Numbered from the stretch's first letter, positions 20,074 to 29,405 are shown. The stretch is DNA of 64,000 bases from Terrimicrobiaceae bacterium (GCA_044342325.1 JBIIPZ010000007.1:1-64000); one strand, 5' to 3'. Notes: generated by a model not told the origin, from the sequence alone. Made by a program: numbers and translations.

Positions 20074-20116
20074 CAGTCACATTTTTATGGCGTTTCGAAT
20101 TACGGCAGCGAATACC
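20047..20116. repeat. 70-bp direct repeat, copy 1
   Basis: 66/70 identical to 22543-22612 by manual alignment. Confidence 0.9.
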
Positions 20117-21146
20117 AAGTGGCCTTGCCTGCACCATGGCGGGCGAGGTGACCTTGCATCAGCAATTTTTTGAAATGCTCCTTCAGCGTGTTGCGGCTTG
20201 CTCCCGTGGAGCGAATCATTTCACCGATTGTGATCCGGCCACGCTGGCGCGTCGTCTCGAGGATTTGCGCAGCGAGCTCTGGCAGGACAGCCATCATGAG
20301 TTTCTCGCGCTCCACTTTTTCCGCCAAGCGACGCTTCTGCTGCTGCATGGCGCGCATGAAGAAGAAAATCCAAGGCTGCCAATTTGGAGCATCGGTGCGG
20401 ATTGTTGACTGCGTTTGGCGCAAGGCCAGGTAGTAGGCTTCCTTGCTGTTTTCAATGACGCTCTCGAGTGACGAATACGGAACATAGGCATACCCAGCCT
20501 GCAGGAGGAGAAGTGTCGTTAGAATGCGGCTCAAGCGGCCGTTGCCGTCCTGAAATGGATGAATTTCTAGAAATGTGACAATGAAAACGGCAATGATCAG
20601 CAAGGAGTGAACTCGACCTGTATCCCGGGTTTGATTGAACCAGTCCACAAGCTCTTGCATCCGGCGAGGTGTATCAAAAGGCGTTGCTGTTTCAAAAACG
20701 ACGCCAATCATTTTTCCGCTCGCATCGAAAGCGCCTACATCATTTCGCAAGGTTTTATACTCCCCGCGATGCCGCTCGTCCTTTGCACTGTATCGCAAGA
20801 GGTCCCGATGGAGTTGTTTGATGTGGTTCTCTGTGATAGTAATGTCTTTCCACGCATGGAAGACGGATTCTATTGCTTCTGCATAACCTCCGACTTCTTG
20901 TTCATCACGCGTCGAGAATTTCTTGATTTCGAGGTTGGCAAGGAGGCGTTCCACCTCGCAATCGTTCAGTTTGCTCCCCTCGATGCGAGTGGAAGAACCA
21001 ATGCTTTCAATCGTGGCGATATGACGCAAAGCAACAAGGCGCTCAGGCGCAAGGGTTCCAAGCGCGCGCCATGCACCTTTGAACTCATCCACTTCGCTGA
21101 TCAGAGCCAAAAGTGATGGCGTTATCTGAATCGTATCAATTTTCAT
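20100..21146 (-). CDS. Fic family protein with C-terminal winged HTH
   Basis: HPFQDGNGRLSR Fic motif, STRIEG inhibitory motif, C-terminal ASRNTLKEHFKKL..HGAGKATWY. Confidence 0.93.
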   Translation of the reverse strand: MKIDTIQITPSLLALISEVDEFKGAWRALGTLAPERLVALRHIATIESIGSSTRIEGSKLNDCEVERLLANLEIKKFSTRDEQEVGGYAEAIESVFHAWKDITITENHIKQLHRDLLRYSAKDERHRGEYKTLRNDVGAFDASGKMIGVVFETATPFDTPRRMQELVDWFNQTRDTGRVHSLLIIAVFIVTFLEIHPFQDGNGRLSRILTTLLLLQAGYAYVPYSSLESVIENSKEAYYLALRQTQSTIRTDAPNWQPWIFFFMRAMQQQKRRLAEKVEREKLMMAVLPELAAQILETTRQRGRITIGEMIRSTGASRNTLKEHFKKLLMQGHLARHGAGKATWYSLP

Positions 21147-21164
21147 TCTGAATTACCCGCATTT

Positions 21165-21219
21165 ACACCCACATTCGTCCAAAAGTCCAACCAAAAGCAC
21201 ACCCATATTCGTCCAAAAG
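21165..21219. promoter_or_regulatory. Pair of 21-bp direct repeats upstream of the Fic-wHTH gene (putative operator)
   Basis: ACACCCACATTCGTCCAAAAG 21165-21185 and ACACCCATATTCGTCCAAAAG 21199-21219. Confidence 0.6.
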
Positions 21220-21346
21220 ACTATGTTTAAACCTTTCGACTCTGTTTTTCAGGCAAAAAAGCCAATCGGCTATCGAACTCAAACGACAACGGCTTGCCGA
21301 TGCTGAGCTTTGAAAAATCGGGATGCGCTGCTCAGATCAGTGAAAA

Positions 21347-22330
21347 TCAGGATGCTTCGGAGCTGCGTTGTCTTGCGAGTTGGCGGGCTTCTTCGACGAG
21401 TGATGTCGATTTTTTCCATTCCTCCAAAAGCAGGGATTCAAACTCGCGAAGGGCAGGATGGGATGGCAGGAGACGATTTCTGCGACCGATGCGGCCGACG
21501 GCGTTTTGATAACGCCAGAGGAGGTCGATATAGTCGCTTCGCCGTGACATTGGCAAGACGATCGGTGGAAGGCCTGCGGACAGAACAGGGAGATTGGCGA
21601 TTAGGCGAACCATGCGGCCGTTGCCATCGAAAAACGGGTGGATGCGAACGAAAATTATATGCATGCGGACAAAGGCGGCAATGGCCTGTGCGGGGCGATT
21701 GATCAGGCGTGTTTTGTTGAAATCGGTCAGCCAGCGATCCATCAAACGCGGCACATCGGCCGGAGCCGCGTATTCCATGTAAACGCTCTTGCCGTCTACC
21801 ACGCCGGTTGTTCCGTTGAAGTCTTTTTTCCAGTCGCCCACGGGATTGAGTGAATCCACCGCAGAAAGCGGCATCACCGCCCTGTGAAGGGCGAAAAGAT
21901 CCTCCCGAGTGAGCGCGCGCCCGACCATTTCGTAGATCAAGTCGATCGCCCTCGCATGCCCGTAAACCTCCTGATGATCCCGCAGTGGCTTGCCTCCGAT
22001 GGTGAGGCCGAGTTCCAGAATTTTGACGGTTTCGCCGAGAGTCAGTGTGTTCCCCTCGATGGCGGTCGATTCGTGCGTCCACTCTGCAGAGAGGCGCTTG
22101 AGGAGTTGATCGCGGATATCTGCCGGAAGACCCTCGTAAAAAGGCCCTCGCTCAGCGTGCGGTGCCGGTCGGCTTTTCAAAAAGGAAAAAACCGCATTGT
22201 GGCTGACATCCAATTCGTGCCGGCGATTGATTTCCTGCGCTGCGCCACGAAAGCCGACACCGGAAGCGAGGATTTCCCTCAGCTCGCTTTCGTAAGGTTT
22301 CAGCTTGGATTGAAAAGGCTTGCCCGGCAT
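21347..22330 (-). CDS. Fic family protein with N-terminal HTH-like extension
   Basis: HPFFDGNGRMVR Fic motif, STAIEGN inhibitory motif. Confidence 0.92.
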   Translation of the reverse strand: MPGKPFQSKLKPYESELREILASGVGFRGAAQEINRRHELDVSHNAVFSFLKSRPAPHAERGPFYEGLPADIRDQLLKRLSAEWTHESTAIEGNTLTLGETVKILELGLTIGGKPLRDHQEVYGHARAIDLIYEMVGRALTREDLFALHRAVMPLSAVDSLNPVGDWKKDFNGTTGVVDGKSVYMEYAAPADVPRLMDRWLTDFNKTRLINRPAQAIAAFVRMHIIFVRIHPFFDGNGRMVRLIANLPVLSAGLPPIVLPMSRRSDYIDLLWRYQNAVGRIGRRNRLLPSHPALREFESLLLEEWKKSTSLVEEARQLARQRSSEAS

Positions 22331-22424
22331 GGCGCTAAACTTGTTACGAGATTAAACCCTAGAAGCGCAGATTGTAACGACAAAAATTTCTTTTTTTAAC
22401 AAAAATAGTCGTTACAGAATTGTC

Positions 22425-22502
22425 TTGGGAGCGCCAACGTCCTCGTTTGCTTCTTATACCGTTTTTCTTTCGATGAGCCGACGGGGACGTCCGCGCGCCT
22501 GA
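22425..22502. repeat. REPIN (inverted REP doublet, family A), degenerate
   Basis: TTGGGAGCGCCAACGTCCTCGTTTGC 22425-22450 (+) and an inverted copy 22477-22502, matching the REPs at the RAYT gene. Confidence 0.8.
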
Positions 22503-22542
22503 GGATTTGGCGGATTATACCATTCTGGATTCAGGATAATTT

Positions 22543-22612
22543 TTTGATGCGATCGGCAGGGACTTTCATCAGTCACATTTTTATGCCGTTTCGAATTACG
22601 GCAGCGAATACC
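22543..22612. repeat. 70-bp direct repeat, copy 2 (remnant of Fic 3' end / helicase 5' start)
   Basis: 66/70 identical to 20047-20116. Confidence 0.9.
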
Positions 22613-22626
22613 CATCGCTCAAGCGC

Positions 22627-23127
22627 TCATGCCGCGAGGTCGCCGGGCTTGTAAACAATGAGGCCTTGGATGTGGTCGAAATTCGGGTCGGTGGTGGCGA
22701 TCTCCTGGATGCCGAGGCGGCGGGCGACGGCGAGATTAAGCGAGTCGATGGTGAGCAAACCGTGCTGTCTTTGGAGTTCGAGCGCGAGGTAGTAGTCTTC
22801 GATTTTCACGGTATCCACCTCCAGTCCGCCGCCGAGAAGGTCGCGGGTTTCACTGGAGTATTGCGAGAGTTGTTGGATGAGCCTCTTGTTCTGGCCGAGG
22901 GCGCGGGCGGGGTTCGAGCCCGCCAGTCCCCGGCACTGGGCCTCCTGCATCATTCGGCGGTGGCAGACTTCCGCGGCGATGGTGGTTGTGATCCAGCCTT
23001 GGACGGCCCCGGAATCGCAGCGGGCGAGCAGGCTGCGGCACTGCGGGGATTTCCTCCCGAGCATGTAGATGATGATATTCGCATCCACCAAAACGCGGCT
23101 GCCGTCCGGAATGTCATCGAGAGTCAT
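22627..23127 (-). CDS. PIN-domain (VapC-like) toxin
   Basis: VLVDANIIIY, AEV, DSLNLA, IATTDPNFD acidic PIN residues. Confidence 0.9.
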   Translation of the reverse strand: MTLDDIPDGSRVLVDANIIIYMLGRKSPQCRSLLARCDSGAVQGWITTTIAAEVCHRRMMQEAQCRGLAGSNPARALGQNKRLIQQLSQYSSETRDLLGGGLEVDTVKIEDYYLALELQRQHGLLTIDSLNLAVARRLGIQEIATTDPNFDHIQGLIVYKPGDLAA

Positions 23128-23366
23128 TGGTCAAAAAAGTCGGCTTCCATCGTTTCCCTGAATTGGGAGTCGGAGAGCGCCAAGCGTGGCGACTCGAGAA
23201 GGCGGGCAAGGCCGGATTTGCGTCCGCGAGAGGGCGACTGCCGCTGCAGATAGGTCGCGACGGCTTCTTGAATGACTTCTCCGATGGCCCGATTTTCGCG
23301 GGCGGCGGCGACTTTGAGGTTCCGGTAAACCTCCTCTTCCATCTGGGTTCCCAATTTGATTTTCAT
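23124..23366 (-). CDS. Putative ribbon-helix-helix antitoxin
   Basis: KIKLGTQM beta strand plus two helices, acidic tail, 4-nt overlap with the PIN gene. Confidence 0.8.
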   Translation of the reverse strand: MKIKLGTQMEEEVYRNLKVAAARENRAIGEVIQEAVATYLQRQSPSRGRKSGLARLLESPRLALSDSQFRETMEADFFDQ

Positions 23367-23741
23367 GGGTTTAATTTCATTCGGTTTCGATCCGTGATTG
23401 AGTTTTGACTCACACTGAAAACTTTGTCTATTTTTCTTTCTGTTTCAAGAAAAATAGAACTGGCTAGATTAATAATTGTGTGAATGTGTGGGACTGACGT
23501 ATTTGCGAAGTCACGAAAGGTCTTGGGTAGCACGCGCCCTCGCAGGCTGGTCCATGGGTAGCGTCGGCACGCCGTTGCCGATCCAAGCCCCTGACGCCCC
23601 TCTGGCTCGTAGACTTCCGAGTCGGTGTGAAGCGCCATCGAAAGGAGTGGGTTCAAGGCCGCTCTGAAAAAAACGATAAAACAAGCTGTTAAAAAGCGAT
23701 AAAATGCGGGACTGAACCTTTTACTCGGCTGCGGCCCAAAC

Positions 23742-24095
23742 CTATACAGGCAAGGTTGGCACGAGACAACGCAGCACGCTAGCTACCAAAATGGGTAGGA
23801 ATGTGACAAATAATGCCATATGGGAAGCCACTCTCTTGCGACTCCAAATGAGCCCCCAATAAATCCAAGGAGAAAGCAACGAAGCGACGAAGACCCAGAA
23901 CTGCTCGACGGCAAAATTGCTCAGCGATACGAGTGATCCCACGCCGATAGTGGCAAGGAAATTCCACGCAACTATTCCGGTAAAAGGATAAAAGTAGTTC
24001 CACCATGTCAGCGGCTTGATACGGCGCGTCAACAAAGTAGGAAATGCACCCACAAGAAAAATAATCAAAAGTGCACAGACAATAATCGCGATCAT
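23742..24095 (-). CDS. Hypothetical membrane protein
   Basis: About four hydrophobic segments; AT-richer than flanking core genes. Confidence 0.6.
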   Translation of the reverse strand: MIAIIVCALLIIFLVGAFPTLLTRRIKPLTWWNYFYPFTGIVAWNFLATIGVGSLVSLSNFAVEQFWVFVASLLSPWIYWGLIWSRKRVASHMALFVTFLPILVASVLRCLVPTLPV

Positions 24096-24124
24096 TGGAT
24101 GATTTTTAAGAATTTAATTGCAGT

Positions 24125-25609
24125 TCAACCATCGTTTTTTGGCGACTCCTCGAGCAGATTGGCACTCAATTCACGCGCCTGACGGGAACCCTCTGGGCCG
24201 AGTTCCTTCTCAAGAGCTTTGGCATGGCGCGGTTCGGTGCCTGCTTCTATGGAAAGATACATCCAAGCCAAGGCTTTAATTTTGTCCTGCGGCACCGCAA
24301 ATCCGCAAGCATAAGCATGCGATAAGTTTGCTCTTGCCTTGGCATTGCCGTTGGCAGCGGATTTTCGGAACCAATGGACTGCTTCCACACGATCTTGAGA
24401 AAGTCCAAATCCCCGCCAATATGCCCATCCGAGATTATTTTGTCCCATATCCTCGTTATTTTCGGCAGCCAAACGATAGAGCCTGAGCGCCTCGGCAGGA
24501 TTCTTCGGCACTCCTTCGCCATGCTCATAAGCCCACCCAAGATTCACCATCGCAGTGGAGTGGCCCTTCCGAACTGCTTTTTGCAACCACCTCGCTGATT
24601 CTTCAGGTTTTTTGGGCACTCCCACGCCATTCTGAAGGGCCCACCCTATCGCCTGTTGCGCTTCCGCATCACCAGTAAGGGCGGCCTTTAAATACCACTC
24701 AAACGCTTTTTCATTGTTTTTCGGAACGGCTTTCCCCTCTCGGTAAGCTTCGGCAAGCTTCAGTTGCGCATTCACATCGCCCAGAACAGCCTTTGTTTTA
24801 ACAATACGAAATCTCTCCTCCTCGTCGGCAGGAACCCCTTCAGCATACTGAAAAATGGCCTCCCATTTATCCAAATCGTAACTGTCCGCGTTTTGCATGC
24901 CGCGCAGTATCCAAGAATTTGATACTTTTTCATCTCTCCCAACCCCGAGACCGGTTCGATAAGCATACGAAAGCATAAACTGAGAGAGCGCGTCCCCTTG
25001 CTTTGCGGCTTTACGATACCATGCCAAAGCCTCGTTCCAATCTTGAGTAACGCCGCGCCCCGAACGATATGCATCTCCCAATTGTCGCGCAGCTCCAGCG
25101 TAGCCTTTTTTTGCTGCCAACCGATACCATTTTACCGCCTCGGCGGGGTCTTGCTCAACTCCCTCTCCAGTTTCATAACTGCGTCCTACATTATAAATGC
25201 CAAAAAGTTCTCCTTGAGCTGCAGACATTCGATACCACTTTAATGACTCAGAAAGATCTCGCTGCACTCCATCACCTGCGGAATACATCGCAGCGAGGTT
25301 GTTTTGAGCAATAGCATAACCATGCTCTGCCGAACGGCGATACCACGCCACAGCCACTTTCGGATTGCGGCCAACCCCCTTTCCTCTGTCATAGGCTACA
25401 CCAAGCCGATACTCGGCGGGGGCATAATTTTGCTCCGCAGAACTTCTATACCATTGCAAAGCAATAGATTGGTTTTTCTTCATGAAAATCCCCCATTCGT
25501 GCCCGTATCCAATCAAAAATTGTGCGGCGGGATTGGGGTAGTAGTTTTCAACCAAAAATACCACAGCAAGCACCCATAGCTTTAAGCCCGAAATCGCAGC
25601 GCTTATCAT
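24125..25609 (-). CDS. Sel1-repeat (tetratricopeptide-like) protein
   Basis: Many AQxNLGxxYxxGxGVxxDxxEAxxWYRKAA-type repeats. Confidence 0.92.
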   Translation of the reverse strand: MISAAISGLKLWVLAVVFLVENYYPNPAAQFLIGYGHEWGIFMKKNQSIALQWYRSSAEQNYAPAEYRLGVAYDRGKGVGRNPKVAVAWYRRSAEHGYAIAQNNLAAMYSAGDGVQRDLSESLKWYRMSAAQGELFGIYNVGRSYETGEGVEQDPAEAVKWYRLAAKKGYAGAARQLGDAYRSGRGVTQDWNEALAWYRKAAKQGDALSQFMLSYAYRTGLGVGRDEKVSNSWILRGMQNADSYDLDKWEAIFQYAEGVPADEEERFRIVKTKAVLGDVNAQLKLAEAYREGKAVPKNNEKAFEWYLKAALTGDAEAQQAIGWALQNGVGVPKKPEESARWLQKAVRKGHSTAMVNLGWAYEHGEGVPKNPAEALRLYRLAAENNEDMGQNNLGWAYWRGFGLSQDRVEAVHWFRKSAANGNAKARANLSHAYACGFAVPQDKIKALAWMYLSIEAGTEPRHAKALEKELGPEGSRQARELSANLLEESPKNDG

Positions 25610-25628
25610 TAAACCTTTTTATTCATGG

Positions 25629-25871
25629 TTATTTTTTGCGTAGTTTGCGGAAATCGCAGGTGGTTTGGATGTTGAACCAGAACTGGGCACTCTGCTTGAA
25701 GAATTTGCTGAGTTTGAGGGACATTTCGGGCGTGATGCTGCGGCGGCCGAGCACGATTTCGTTGATGCTGCGTGGGCTGATGCCGAGGGCTCGCGCGAGC
25801 GCGTTTTGGGAAATGCCCATGGGCACGAGATAGTCTTCAAGGAGAATTTCACCGGTTTTGAGTTCGCTCAT
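25629..25871 (-). CDS. higA: HigA/VapI family antitoxin (XRE HTH), no adjacent toxin
   Basis: [37 protein letters not shown]. Confidence 0.85.
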   Translation of the reverse strand: MSELKTGEILLEDYLVPMGISQNALARALGISPRSINEIVLGRRSITPEMSLKLSKFFKQSAQFWFNIQTTCDFRKLRKK

Positions 25872-25877
25872 GGCACC

Positions 25878-26684
25878 TCACTTTCCAGCGGAAAACGCCG
25901 CGTCGAGCTTGGCGAGCAGTGCCAAGCCCTTTTTCGTCGAACTACGCGATGCCATCGCTCGGAAGCGGGATTTGGAACTGGGAGCGCCAACGTCATCGTT
26001 GGCAGATTGGTGCGTAGATGCCGACGGGGACGTCGGCGTTCGTGCGCTGGACCACGGCCAATCTTCGGCGCGCTGGCACAGGCCGGCTTTGACGGGGTTT
26101 TGCTGGATGTAGAGCACGACATTCTCGAGATGTGTGTCGTTGCGGATAAAACGGTCCCAGTATTCGCGCATCCAAAGGTGCTTTGGGTCAGGGATGCCAA
26201 GTTGAAACTCCTCATTGTGGGTCAATGCCCATCGCGCGGTGATGGACTTCCAACCTTGGACGATCTTTGCTAGCGGCGTGAGGGTTTCGAGGAGCACATG
26301 AACATGGTTCGGCATGATGCACCATGCGATGAGTCGATAGCGTTGACCGTCGAAATACTGGAGAGAATGCCGCATTTGTTCGGCCAATTTCGGATGGCGC
26401 AGGGCGCAACAGCCCATGCCGGCATCGAGCCATTGCTCGATTTTTTCGCGCCTGTGTATGGAGCGCTGGTTTTCGGGAAGTTCCAGCAATTCCGCTTCCA
26501 GTTGCGTGAGTTTTTCCTGCGGCAGGCTGTCGGCGAGTCGAAAGGTGACGGCTTGGAGGAGTTCTTTGGCGTCCCGGTGTGGGAGATAGCCGCGGGAATA
26601 CCACTCTTTGGGAGCGCCGACGACGCCATTGGCTGTAGGAGCGCCGACGTCCCCGTCGGCTTCTTCGGTTTGATTTGTATTCAT
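25878..26684 (-). CDS. REP-associated tyrosine transposase (RAYT, HUH Y1)
   Basis: SRGYLPH, VTFRLADSLP, CIMPNHVH (HUH), WMREYWDRFIR, YIQQNPVKAGL, WPWSSA; flanked by REPs. Confidence 0.92.
   Translation of the reverse strand: MNTNQTEEADGDVGAPTANGVVGAPKEWYSRGYLPHRDAKELLQAVTFRLADSLPQEKLTQLEAELLELPENQRSIHRREKIEQWLDAGMGCCALRHPKLAEQMRHSLQYFDGQRYRLIAWCIMPNHVHVLLETLTPLAKIVQGWKSITARWALTHNEEFQLGIPDPKHLWMREYWDRFIRNDTHLENVVLYIQQNPVKAGLCQRAEDWPWSSARTPTSPSASTHQSANDDVGAPSSKSRFRAMASRSSTKKGLALLAKLDAAFSAGK
25978..26045. repeat. REPIN (family A) overlapping the RAYT 3' region
   Basis: Hairpin GCCAACG-TCAT-CGTTGGC within 25978-26003 (+) and GCCGACG-TCCC-CGTCGGC within 26020-26045 (-). Confidence 0.85.
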
Positions 26685-26722
26685 GGGGGTTGGTGGGCCG
26701 ACGGGGACGTCGGCGCGCCTAC
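26608..26722. repeat. REPIN (family A) at the RAYT 5' end plus a degenerate third copy
   Basis: GTAGGAGCGCCGACGTCCCCGTCGGC 26635-26660 (+), GTAGGCGCGCCGACGTCCCCGTCGGC 26697-26722 (-), degenerate copy ~26608-26633. Confidence 0.9.
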
Positions 26723-28941
26723 TATTTTTCCAACCTCATCAGTGATGGGATCGTGTTCTCGAATGGGGTGCGGAGTTTTTCCACGGGCCAGGTGAAGGTT
26801 TGGCCGGCGGCTTGGATGGCTAGGTTTTGAGTGGTGGTGACTTCGCCGAGGCGGGTGTGGGGGACGCTTCGGGATTTGAGGAAGTCGAGGATTTCGCTGG
26901 CGTGGCGTGGGGCGAAGGTGATGACGATGCGGGATTGCGACTCGTTGAAGAGGACGACATCGGCGCGGGTGCCGGGGATTTCGGTTTTGGCTCCGATGTT
27001 TCCGCTTAGGCAGGACTCGGCGAGGTTGACGGCGAGGCCGCCTTCGGAGCAGTCGTGGGCGCTTTTGACGAGGCCTTGGCGGATGAGGTCGCGGACGGCA
27101 TTTTGGACAGCGAGTTCTTTGGCGTATTCGAGCTGCGGCGGGGCGCCGGCTTTGCGGCCGTGGACGGCGAGGAGGTAGTGTGACGCGCCGAGTTCGTTGC
27201 CGGGTTCGCCGATGAGGAGGATGATGTCACCCGCGGCTTTGAAGGCTTGGGTGGTGATGTGCTCGGGTTTTTCAACGAGGCCGACCATGCCGACGGTGGG
27301 CGTGGGGTCGATGGCTCCGGCGGGGGATTCGTTGTAGAGGCTCACATTGCCGCCGGTGACGGGTGTGTCGAACGCGCGGCAGGCTTCGGCGAGGCCTTCG
27401 ATGGCTTCGCGGAGTTGGAGGAAATTTTCGGGTTTATGGGGATTTCCGAAATTCAGGTTGTCCGTGACGGCGAGCGGGGTCGCGCCGGTGCAGGCGATAT
27501 TGCGCGCGGCTTCGGCCACGGCAATGCGGCCGCCTTCGCGGGGATCTTGTTTGCAGTAGATCGCGTTGCAATCGGTGGATGCGGCGAGGATTTTATTGGC
27601 CTCGCGGACGATGAAGACGGCGGCGTCAGAGCCGGGCAGGACGGTGGCGCCGAGGCGGACCATGTGGTCGTATTGCTGCCAGACCCATTGTTTGGAAGCG
27701 ATGCTCGGATGGGCGAGGAGGGTTTCGAGAGCGGTGATGGGATCGGCTTCTGGCACGCTCGCGAGGTCGAGGGGCTCGGGAGCTTTTTTCGGAGCGGCTT
27801 CGCGGGAGTAGAGCGGGGCTTCGTCGGCGAGCTGGCGTGCGGGGATTTCGACGGCGATTTCGTTGCCTTCGCGGACGCGCATCATTCCGTCGTCGTTGAC
27901 CACGCCGACATGGGCGTAGGGGAGATCCCATTTTTCAAAGATGGCGCGGACTTTGTCTTCCTCGCCTTTTTTAACGATGACGAGCATGCGTTCTTGGGAT
28001 TCAGACAGCAGGATTTCGTAGGGGGTCATGCCGGTTTCGCGTTTTGGCACGAGGTTGACATCGATTTCAACGCCTGTGCCGCCACGGCTGGCGGTTTCGC
28101 AGGTCGAGCAGGTGAGGCCTGCGGCGCCCATGTCTTGGATGCCGGCGACGCAGCCGCTGGCGAGGAGTTCGAGGCAGGCTTCGAGGAGGAGTTTTTCGCG
28201 GAAGGGGTCGCCAACTTGCACGGCGGGGCGGTCTTCCTTGGATTCTTCGGTGAGCTCGCGCGAAGCGAAGGCGGCGCCAGCGAGGCCGTCACGGCCGGTT
28301 TCCGCGCCGACATAGAAAACGGGATTGCCAACGCCCTTGGCGGCTCCGCGGGCGATTTGCTCGTGCTTGAGGATGCCGAGACAGAAGACATTGACGAGGG
28401 GATTTCCCGAGTAGCTGTCGTCGAAATAGACCTCGCCGCCGATGGTCGGGATGCCGATGCAATTTCCGTAGTGGGCGATGCCATTCACCACGCCTGCGAA
28501 GAGGCGGCGGTTGGTGGCGGATTGTTGGGAGTCACCACGAATGTCGCCGAAGCGGAGGGAATTCATCGAGAACACGGGGCGCGCACCCATGGTGAAGATG
28601 TCGCGAATGATGCCGCCGACGCCGGTGGCTGCGCCTTGGAAGGGCTCGATGGCGCTGGGGTGATTGTGGCTCTCCATCTTGAATGCGATGGCCCATCCAT
28701 CGCCGATGTCGATGACGCCGGCATTTTCCTCGCCTGCCTTCACGAGCACGCGCGGGCCGGTGACGGGGAATTTTTTCAACTCGAGCTTCGAATTTTTGTA
28801 GGAGCAATGCTCACTCCACATGACGGAGAAAACGCCGAGTTCGGTGAGGTTGGGCTCGCGTCCGAGGATGGATTTGATGCGTTCGTATTCGTCGGGCGTG
28901 ATGCCGTGTTTGGAGATGATTTCGGGTGTGATGGCGGACAT
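26722..28941 (-). CDS. purL: Phosphoribosylformylglycinamidine synthase subunit PurL
   Basis: [41 protein letters not shown]. Confidence 0.98.
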   Translation of the reverse strand: MSAITPEIISKHGITPDEYERIKSILGREPNLTELGVFSVMWSEHCSYKNSKLELKKFPVTGPRVLVKAGEENAGVIDIGDGWAIAFKMESHNHPSAIEPFQGAATGVGGIIRDIFTMGARPVFSMNSLRFGDIRGDSQQSATNRRLFAGVVNGIAHYGNCIGIPTIGGEVYFDDSYSGNPLVNVFCLGILKHEQIARGAAKGVGNPVFYVGAETGRDGLAGAAFASRELTEESKEDRPAVQVGDPFREKLLLEACLELLASGCVAGIQDMGAAGLTCSTCETASRGGTGVEIDVNLVPKRETGMTPYEILLSESQERMLVIVKKGEEDKVRAIFEKWDLPYAHVGVVNDDGMMRVREGNEIAVEIPARQLADEAPLYSREAAPKKAPEPLDLASVPEADPITALETLLAHPSIASKQWVWQQYDHMVRLGATVLPGSDAAVFIVREANKILAASTDCNAIYCKQDPREGGRIAVAEAARNIACTGATPLAVTDNLNFGNPHKPENFLQLREAIEGLAEACRAFDTPVTGGNVSLYNESPAGAIDPTPTVGMVGLVEKPEHITTQAFKAAGDIILLIGEPGNELGASHYLLAVHGRKAGAPPQLEYAKELAVQNAVRDLIRQGLVKSAHDCSEGGLAVNLAESCLSGNIGAKTEIPGTRADVVLFNESQSRIVITFAPRHASEILDFLKSRSVPHTRLGEVTTTQNLAIQAAGQTFTWPVEKLRTPFENTIPSLMRLEK

Positions 28942-28954
28942 ATTGGAAGAATTT

Positions 28955-29405
28955 TTAACCACGGAGGACACGGAGAGCACGGAGGTGAAGAAGAGGGTTT
29001 TTACAGGGAAAGGCGTTTGATGCCGTTTTTTAGGAGTTGGACGTTGAAGTTGATCAAGAGGCCCGTTCGGAGGTTGGAGAGTTTCAAGTAGGTGAGGACT
29101 TGGGCGGTGTGTATGGGGAGGAGTTGGTCGGTGGATTTCAGTTCGATGAGGACTTTGTTTTCAACGATGAGGTCGGCGAGGAAACCACAATCGAAGGTGA
29201 GGTTTTTGTAGCGGACGGGGATTTCTTGTTGCGTGGTGGCGGAGAAACCTCGGTCGGCTAACTCGAATGCGAGGCATTTCTCATAGACCGATTCGAGTAG
29301 GCCAGGACCGAGTTCACGGTGCACGGAGATGGCTGCGCCAATGATGGCGTCCGTCAGGGAGTTGTTTTCAAACTCCTCCGTGTTCTCCGAGTGCTCCGTG
29401 GTTAA
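28955..29405. mobile_element. Putative miniature mobile element: GxxExxY gene within 31-bp terminal inverted repeats ending in TTAA
   Basis: Left 28955-28985 TTAACCACGGAGGACACGGAGAGCACGGAGG; right 29375-29405 reverse complement TTAACCACGGAGCACTCGGAGAACACGGAGG (28/31); sits between purQ and purL. Mobility is inferred. Confidence 0.7.

Noticed and set aside
21225..21312. Plus-strand fragment reading LFFRQKSQSAIELK, reminiscent of a PD-(D/E)XK motif
   Set aside because: Too short to distinguish from chance without a search
17680..26722. Prophage or classical integron as explanation of the island
   Set aside because: No phage structural genes, tyrosine integrase or recognisable attC sites seen
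27247..29091. Long plus-strand ORF (614 aa), and similar ORFs at 3845-5425, 45998-47260, 56426-57772, 60502-61818
   Set aside because: Antisense shadows of well-supported genes in GC-rich DNA with no recognisable motifs
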